64,000 nucleotides of DNA, from the NCBI GenBank assembly GCA_963837955.1, contig CAWIPH010000002.1, positions 2,272,001 through 2,336,000 of the forward strand, read 5' to 3'. The position numbers and the translations under genes are program-made. Of this stretch, positions 58,033-64,000 are shown piece by piece. The notes beneath the pieces were generated by a model, which saw nothing but the letters and a program-made list of their open reading frames with translations, was not told the origin of the DNA and ran no database searches. How positions within the stretch are numbered: position 1 is the first letter of the stretch; the number at the start of each line of letters is the position of its first letter. The DNA is from an uncultured Verrucomicrobiae bacterium. Its GTDB lineage: Bacteria > Verrucomicrobiota > Verrucomicrobiia > Chthoniobacterales > JAFAMB01.

Positions 58033-59964
58033 CTAATTACGCAATATAACCCTGTCCAATCGTAAAAACTCTCCGACCGACCACGCTTGGAATGGACAGC
58101 CCCGCGGCGTGTATGGTTCGGTAGCGTCGGTGAGTTCCGGTAGTTGATTTAGCCCGGCCGCAGGCAGCAAGGATCGGAGCGGCTCCAGATAGCGTTCTCG
58201 GGCCTCCTGTTTTACCTCGGGCGTATTACCGTGAACCCGTACCCATGCCTCGATGAACGGACCAGCTAACCAGGGCCAAACCGTGCCTTGATGATAAGCC
58301 GAGTCGCGGGCGAACGCTCCGCCTTCATAACGCGGCGCAAATCCCGGTTCACCCGGTGCCAGGGAACGCAGACCGGTCGATGTCCAAAGCTGGGCTTCGA
58401 CCGCCTCAACTACTTTCCGTGCGCATTCTTCCGACAATAGAGAGAGTGGCAGCCCGCCCACGGCAAAAATCTGATTGGGTCGGACCAGCGGATCGTCCAC
58501 TCCAGGTTGGTGGTTGACGTCCACGACGTCGAATAATTGCTGTCTCGCTTCGTTCCAAAATCGGCTCGGAAAGGCCAGTGAGGCTTTTTCGAAGTGAGGC
58601 TCCCACTTCGGTGAGAAACGCTTGGCGACCGCTAATGCATTGATCCAAAGCGCCTGGACTTCGACCGGTTTACCTATTCGCGGCGTGACTACCTGGCCAG
58701 CGGCCTTTGCATCCATCCAAGTGAGCTGTACCCCAGGAACACCGGCCGCCAGCAGCCCATCCTTATCAACTCTAATATTAAAGCGTGTCCCGGCGCAGTA
58801 GCCCAATAAGATTGCTTCGATCGCGTTTCCCAGCGTTTGCTTGGTCTGCTCATCAATCAACCCGGACCACGTTGCTGCTGCTTCCAAAAAATCGCGAACC
58901 GCGATGATGAACCACAGCGAGGCATCGACCGAATTATACTCGGGCTCGGTTCCACGATCCGGAAAGCGATTCGGAAGCATGCCTTGGGAAACCGTGCCGG
59001 CCCATTCCAAAAGAATGTCGCGGACCGGTTCAAGGTTATTCACAGCGATGCCTAGCCCACGAATTGAAACGAACGTGTCGCGGCCCCAGTCCCCAAACCA
59101 GGGATATCCGGCGATGATAGTTTGCCCGGTACCGCGCTGAACCAAATAGCTGCGGGAGGCTCGCTCGACCGGATCCGAAATCTGCCCTCGGCGTTCGCGT
59201 TCAGAGAGACGGAGTTTCGCGATCCACTCTTCTAGATCGGCACCGATTTCCGCGAAGCCTTCTGCAGAAAAGACCAGGGTAGCCTCTCGATCCTGAGTGT
59301 TGAGTTGCCAAGTAAAAGTCCCTGGCGCGGCCAGATCTTCGGTATAATCCAAGCCGCGTTCCCGCTCCGCGATATAAAGGAAATTGCGATACCAATTCGG
59401 CGCGTGATGATATTCACCTCGCGAACGGACGACGATGGCCGGCACTCCAAAATACGGTTGCCAACGAACTGTGTCGCCGTTCACCGATGGTTCGAAAGCG
59501 AAGGCCCCGTTTTCGTGATGAGTTGCGTGGAAGTCGCGGCCGGACAAGAATGGTCTCACCGAAAGGGTGAAAATCTGATTTACCCGGCCAGCAAGTCGCC
59601 AGCTCAGCACCACAGCCGATTGGCGCTGCGGAACAAAAATTTCGTGGTCAAGCCAAGTCTCATCCGTAAATCGGAAACGCCATAAGGGCCAGGGTTGAAG
59701 CTGAAAGCTGTCCAAACATTGCTGCCCATTTAGGCATACCAAATCGGGGGCGTAGCGTTGGGAGGAAAGCGAGAATTGTTTTCCTTCCGTTTCGATCCAT
59801 GCATCAAAGCCGTTGACTAATACCATCCGACCCGACGGGGGAGTCGTTGCCGTGAGCAGCATTGCATGATAACGCCGGGTCCGAATTCCCGAGGTTGTCG
59901 AACTGGCGAAGCCTCCGAGACCGTCCGCTTCCAGCCATTCGTGAGTGTCGGAAATAGGAATCAT
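58033..59964 (-). CDS. Amylo-alpha-1,6-glucosidase / glycogen debranching enzyme (GH133-like)
   Basis: EWLEADGLGGFAS, AGYPWFGDWGRDT, LTWMDA, YHQGTVWPWL and QAWS motifs. Confidence 0.92.
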   Translation of the reverse strand: MIPISDTHEWLEADGLGGFASSTTSGIRTRRYHAMLLTATTPPSGRMVLVNGFDAWIETEGKQFSLSSQRYAPDLVCLNGQQCLDSFQLQPWPLWRFRFTDETWLDHEIFVPQRQSAVVLSWRLAGRVNQIFTLSVRPFLSGRDFHATHHENGAFAFEPSVNGDTVRWQPYFGVPAIVVRSRGEYHHAPNWYRNFLYIAERERGLDYTEDLAAPGTFTWQLNTQDREATLVFSAEGFAEIGADLEEWIAKLRLSERERRGQISDPVERASRSYLVQRGTGQTIIAGYPWFGDWGRDTFVSIRGLGIAVNNLEPVRDILLEWAGTVSQGMLPNRFPDRGTEPEYNSVDASLWFIIAVRDFLEAAATWSGLIDEQTKQTLGNAIEAILLGYCAGTRFNIRVDKDGLLAAGVPGVQLTWMDAKAAGQVVTPRIGKPVEVQALWINALAVAKRFSPKWEPHFEKASLAFPSRFWNEARQQLFDVVDVNHQPGVDDPLVRPNQIFAVGGLPLSLLSEECARKVVEAVEAQLWTSTGLRSLAPGEPGFAPRYEGGAFARDSAYHQGTVWPWLAGPFIEAWVRVHGNTPEVKQEARERYLEPLRSLLPAAGLNQLPELTDATEPYTPRGCPFQAWSVGEFLRLDRVILRN

Positions 59965-59991
59965 CCTGGAGCCTCACCAAGCGGCTGGAAC

Positions 59992-62628
59992 TCAGGTTAA
60001 ACTCGACGCGATCAATTTGGCAATCAGGCCGGTCCAACCAGTTTGGTGGGCTGCCCCAACTCCGCGTCCATTGTCGCCGTGGAAGTATTCGAAGAACTGC
60101 AGGTAATCGCGAAAATGTGGATCGCTCTGTAATTTTTCGTTGGCACCGAAGATCGGCCGGCGACCGCTGGCGTCGCGCGAAAAGAGTCGGAAGAGCCGGT
60201 TACTCAATTCTGCGGCAATCTCTTTGATCGACAAAAATTTTCCGGAACCAGTTGGGCATTCGACTCGGAAGTCATCACCGTAGTAGTGGTGAAAGCGTTC
60301 CAGCGACTCGATTAGCAGGAAATTCATTGGGAACCAAATCGGGCCGCGCCAATTCGAGTTGCCGCCGAACAATCCGGAAGTCGATTCGCCCGGCTCGTAG
60401 TCAACCTCCGTATCCGACCCGTTCCAATGAAAAACGTACGGATGATCGCGATGATAGCGGGAGAGTGCCCTGACGCCGTAGTCGGAAAGAAACTCGGTCT
60501 CATCCAACATGCGCTTCAGCAACAACTTCATCCGATGACCGCGCAGGAGCGAAAGAAGCCGCCGATCACCACTTCCCATTACGTTCCACCGAGAAATCAA
60601 AGCGGCGAGGTCGGGCCGATGGTTCAATAACCACTCTAGACGACTTTTGAAGTCTGGGACCTGGTTTAGCAGCTCGGGCTCGAGAGTTTCCACCGCGAAG
60701 AGGGGTATCAAGCCAACGATGGAACGAACCCGTAATGGAATCATGTTGCCGTTCGGCAAATTCAGCACGTCGTAGAAGAATCCGTCTTGGTCATCCCACA
60801 AACCAACCCCGCAGGCACATTGGTCCATCGCTTCCGCGATCTGCAGGAAGTGTTCGAAGAATTTGGAGGCGATATCTTCGTACACGTGATTTCGCTGGGC
60901 CAACTCCAGCGCGATTCGCATCAAATTCAGGCTGTACATAGCCATCCAGCTCGTTCCATCGGATTGGTTGATGTAGCCTCCGGTTGGCAGCGGAGCACTG
61001 CGGTCAAAGACCTCGATATTATCCAATCCGAGAAAACCGCCCTGGAATATGTTCCGGCCTGCTATGTCTTTGCGATTTACCCACCACGTGAAATTTAGCA
61101 GAAGCTTGTGAAACACCCGTTCCAAAAAGGGAAGATCTCCAGGATCATCGGGATTTTCGGTACGCCGTTTTTTTCGGTCGATTTGAAAAACTCGCCAAGC
61201 CGCCCAAGCGTGCACCGGAGGGTTCACGTCACCAAAAGCCCATTCGTAAGCCGGTAACTGGCCATTCGGATGCGTGTACCACTCCCGGGTGATTACGACG
61301 AGCTGCTGTTTGGCAAACTCCGGATCGATCAGCGCAAAAGGCAGAGTGTGGAAAGCGAGGTCCCAAGCCGCAAACCAGGGGTACTCCCATTTGTCCGGCA
61401 TCGAAAGTACCTCCGTGCCATTGAGATGTTGCCAATCACGGTTGCGACCATTCTTTCGCTCCGGCGGCGGCGCCGGTTGCGACGGATCGCCGTTGAGCCA
61501 GCGCCGGACTTCGTAGCGAAAGAATTGTTTGCTCCAGATCATCCCGGCAAATGCCTGGCGCTGGATCCGGCGGAGATCTTCGTCTGTCACGTCGCGCTGC
61601 AGATCCGCATAAAATGCATCCGCCTCTTTTCGCCGAGTGCTTAGGGTTTCTTCAAAGTCAGCGAAACCCACATCAAGCGTTTGCCGGGACAACCGCAGAC
61701 GAACAATTTGTTCTGCCCCGGCGCCAACGACTAGCTGATAATGGGCTGCCGATTTGGTGCCTGTTTGCGACGGATTAATCGCATTTCCGTTCTTGCGAAT
61801 GAGCCATTCGTTAAACCCATCCTTGCAATACGGTGACGAGTTACTGAAGGAGAAGAGACGCTCGCTATTCGTTTCATTCTCGCAGAAGAGCAATGAAGGC
61901 GATCCCTCAGTCCGGAGAAAATAGCTCCCAAGCTGCACATGTTTCGCGGACACCGTGTGATTGTTGATCACCTCGAGCGTTGGCTTGGGCCTTCCATCAC
62001 CCCAGGACCATATGTTGCGGAACCAAAGTTGCGGTAGCAGGTGAATGATCGCGGCCTCGGGCCCACGATTAGCTGCCGTGATCTGAATCAAGATGTCGTC
62101 CGACCCGGCTTTAGCGTATTCGACGAAGAGATCAAAATACCGATCATCGTCGAAGATCCCAGTATCAATAAGCTCGTACTCGGGATCTAGTTTGCCGCGC
62201 CGGCGGTTCTCCTGGCCAAGCGCTGTGTACGGAAACTCGCGCTGCGGATATTTGTAGAGCATCTTCAGATACGAGTGCGTTGGAGTCGCATCCAAGTAGT
62301 AGTAAAGTTCCTTAACGTCTTCCCCGTGGTTTCCTTCCGCGTTGTTCAGACCGAATAACCGCTCCTTCAGAATCGGGTCTTTCCCGTTCCAAAGTGCGAG
62401 CGCGAAGCAGAGGAATTGGTGCTCATCAGAAAAGCCCGCGATGCCGTCCTCGCCCCATCGGTACGCGCGGCTTCGTGCGTGATCGTGCGGAAAATAATCC
62501 CAGGCAGTTCCACTTGGACTGTAGTCTTCCCGGACGGTGCCCCATTGACGTTCGCTGAGATATGGGCCCCAACGGCGCCACTTAACCGCGCCGCTGTTCA
62601 TCTCGATTAAACGCTGTTTTTCTGACAT
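59992..62628 (-). CDS. MGH1-like / GH63 family glucosidase
   Basis: [41 protein letters not shown] and HQTGWT motifs. Confidence 0.92.
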   Translation of the reverse strand: MSEKQRLIEMNSGAVKWRRWGPYLSERQWGTVREDYSPSGTAWDYFPHDHARSRAYRWGEDGIAGFSDEHQFLCFALALWNGKDPILKERLFGLNNAEGNHGEDVKELYYYLDATPTHSYLKMLYKYPQREFPYTALGQENRRRGKLDPEYELIDTGIFDDDRYFDLFVEYAKAGSDDILIQITAANRGPEAAIIHLLPQLWFRNIWSWGDGRPKPTLEVINNHTVSAKHVQLGSYFLRTEGSPSLLFCENETNSERLFSFSNSSPYCKDGFNEWLIRKNGNAINPSQTGTKSAAHYQLVVGAGAEQIVRLRLSRQTLDVGFADFEETLSTRRKEADAFYADLQRDVTDEDLRRIQRQAFAGMIWSKQFFRYEVRRWLNGDPSQPAPPPERKNGRNRDWQHLNGTEVLSMPDKWEYPWFAAWDLAFHTLPFALIDPEFAKQQLVVITREWYTHPNGQLPAYEWAFGDVNPPVHAWAAWRVFQIDRKKRRTENPDDPGDLPFLERVFHKLLLNFTWWVNRKDIAGRNIFQGGFLGLDNIEVFDRSAPLPTGGYINQSDGTSWMAMYSLNLMRIALELAQRNHVYEDIASKFFEHFLQIAEAMDQCACGVGLWDDQDGFFYDVLNLPNGNMIPLRVRSIVGLIPLFAVETLEPELLNQVPDFKSRLEWLLNHRPDLAALISRWNVMGSGDRRLLSLLRGHRMKLLLKRMLDETEFLSDYGVRALSRYHRDHPYVFHWNGSDTEVDYEPGESTSGLFGGNSNWRGPIWFPMNFLLIESLERFHHYYGDDFRVECPTGSGKFLSIKEIAAELSNRLFRLFSRDASGRRPIFGANEKLQSDPHFRDYLQFFEYFHGDNGRGVGAAHQTGWTGLIAKLIASSLT

Positions 62629-62848
62629 AGCGATCTTTCCTCGCCGATTCCCAAGCGACGCTACCGCGACAATAACACGGGTGCTTCGTCCATCTACCGA
62701 AGTCAGGTGGCAGCGTCAATAGAGATACAGAATATGGAACAGGAAAACCGGACTCCTTGGGGGGTGAGCGAAACCAACTTCGCCCACTTGTCGCGCCGTA
62801 GGCTTGGCGAAGGGGGAAGGCTACGTCGTGCTCGCAAACGCCCATGAC

Positions 62849-63026
62849 CGGTAGGGCGAAAACCTCGTCCGGCAGGCGCCGGACGGGTTTGAGCCGCGTG
62901 TTGGATAGATCTTTCTAGTTGCGATCATCGCCGTGCATGAAGATGGGAAGAGAACAGGCATTGGGAGGAACCATGAAATGGCTCAAGTCGGTGCGGCTGA
63001 TACCGCTCCAGGCTTTCGCCCTACCG
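62849..63026. repeat. Family D REP inverted pair
   Basis: CGGTAGGGCGAAAACC ... GGCTTTCGCCCTACCG. Confidence 0.85.
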
Positions 63027-63096
63027 TCAGTCGCTGTGCAACATTTCGAGGAAGAGAATACTCGCAAATATAGTGAAATTTCCAAATAGCGATGCA

Positions 63097-64000
63097 ATGA
63101 AAGCTCCGATGGAATTCGCCAGTCTTCGATCCCAACTCGAAGTGATGGAGTCCTTCCGGCGACCTTGGTTCGTGGCGGGCGGCTGGGCCATCGATCTATT
63201 TCTCGGCCGCGAGACTCGGAGTCACGGGGATGTCGACATTGCAATCTTCCGAGAAGATCAGTTCGAGCTGCGACGACATCTTTCCAACTGGAATTGGGAG
63301 AAGATGGTTAGCGGAACACGGGTTTGCTGGGACTCAAACGAGTGGCTCGAATTGCCAGTTCACGAAGTGTGTGCTAGCAGCGGCGAGTGCCAGCTGGAGT
63401 TTCTCTTCAACGAACGCCGGGAAGATCTTTGGGAGTATCGGAGGGATCGAACCATTGTGCGATCGATCTCGCATTTCCGGGGAAATACACAAGGCGGCTT
63501 GCCGGTCTTTCCTCCCGAAATCGTGCTTCTGTACAAATCCAAAAGTCCGTCCGAAAAAGACCTCTCCGATTTCCGCAAGGTATGGCCGCGGTTGCACTCT
63601 GAAGCACGATGGTGGCTAGCGGACGCGATGGTAAGATTTAGACCGACGACTTGGAATATCGTGGAGATTGCCGATTACAGTGAGCGATGGCCGGCTGATT
63701 TTAGCCGGATTGCCAGTGAGGTAGGAGGCGTCCTCGGCGAACTTGCGATAGCGATTGAACATGTCGGAAGCACCAGCGTTCCCGGGCTTCCCGCGAAGCC
63801 AATTATCGACGTCGACGTCTTGATCCGCTCAAACGCGGAATTTGTCGAAGTCCGCGACCGGCTGGAGCGGTTCGGCTATATCCATCGGGGACCGTGCGGC
63901 GTCGAGGGGCGGGAAGCATTCCGCTGCGTCATCGATCTTCCGAAACACCACCTTTACGTCTGCGAGCCATCGAGTCATCCCGTTGTCGAACACTTAAGTT
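63097..64000 (+). CDS. Fusion of an ANT(2'')/Lnu-like nucleotidyltransferase and a GrpB domain (3' end outside window)
   Basis: Manual translation is open from ATG 63097 to the window end: VAGGWAIDLFLGRETRSHGDVD...PEIVLLYKSK..KDLSDF, then IEHVGSTSVPGLPAKPIIDVD. Confidence 0.85.
   Translation, partial: MKAPMEFASLRSQLEVMESFRRPWFVAGGWAIDLFLGRETRSHGDVDIAIFREDQFELRRHLSNWNWEKMVSGTRVCWDSNEWLELPVHEVCASSGECQLEFLFNERREDLWEYRRDRTIVRSISHFRGNTQGGLPVFPPEIVLLYKSKSPSEKDLSDFRKVWPRLHSEARWWLADAMVRFRPTTWNIVEIADYSERWPADFSRIASEVGGVLGELAIAIEHVGSTSVPGLPAKPIIDVDVLIRSNAEFVEVRDRLERFGYIHRGPCGVEGREAFRCVIDLPKHHLYVCEPSSHPVVEHLS

Noticed and set aside
63230..63619. ORF-track calls near the window end
   Set aside because: Off-frame or antisense to the nucleotidyltransferase-GrpB frame starting at 63097

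Overview
Bacterial chromosomal window. Gene style and intergenic repeats suggest a soil Verrucomicrobiota (Chthoniobacterales-like) genome, which is inference only. It has three functional blocks. (1) A metal-homeostasis island at about 3.8-21 kb: a His-rich leader ORF ending in RGPP, a TonB-dependent receptor, a CusRS/CzcRS-like two-component system, an ECF sigma/anti-sigma pair, czcCBA, an OprB/MnoP-like porin, an outer-membrane barrel and mntH. (2) A carbohydrate block at about 23-54 kb: three monosaccharide (CUT2) ABC importers, three DeoR regulators (two are near-identical paralogues), oxidoreductases, TIM-barrel enzymes, an Rpe paralogue, a PfkB kinase and murJ. (3) A cyclophilin, a small SFPASDPP protein, a HAD hydrolase, GH133 and GH63 glucosidases, and a nucleotidyltransferase-GrpB fusion that runs off the window end. 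Many intergenic gaps hold palindromic REP/REPIN-like elements of at least eight families, often nested. Best candidates for new biology: a His-type CruR/DUF2946-like arrest peptide upstream of the TonB receptor, and a 61-bp hairpin element present or precisely absent at one site inside another repeat family. No rRNA, tRNA, CRISPR array or transposase was seen.
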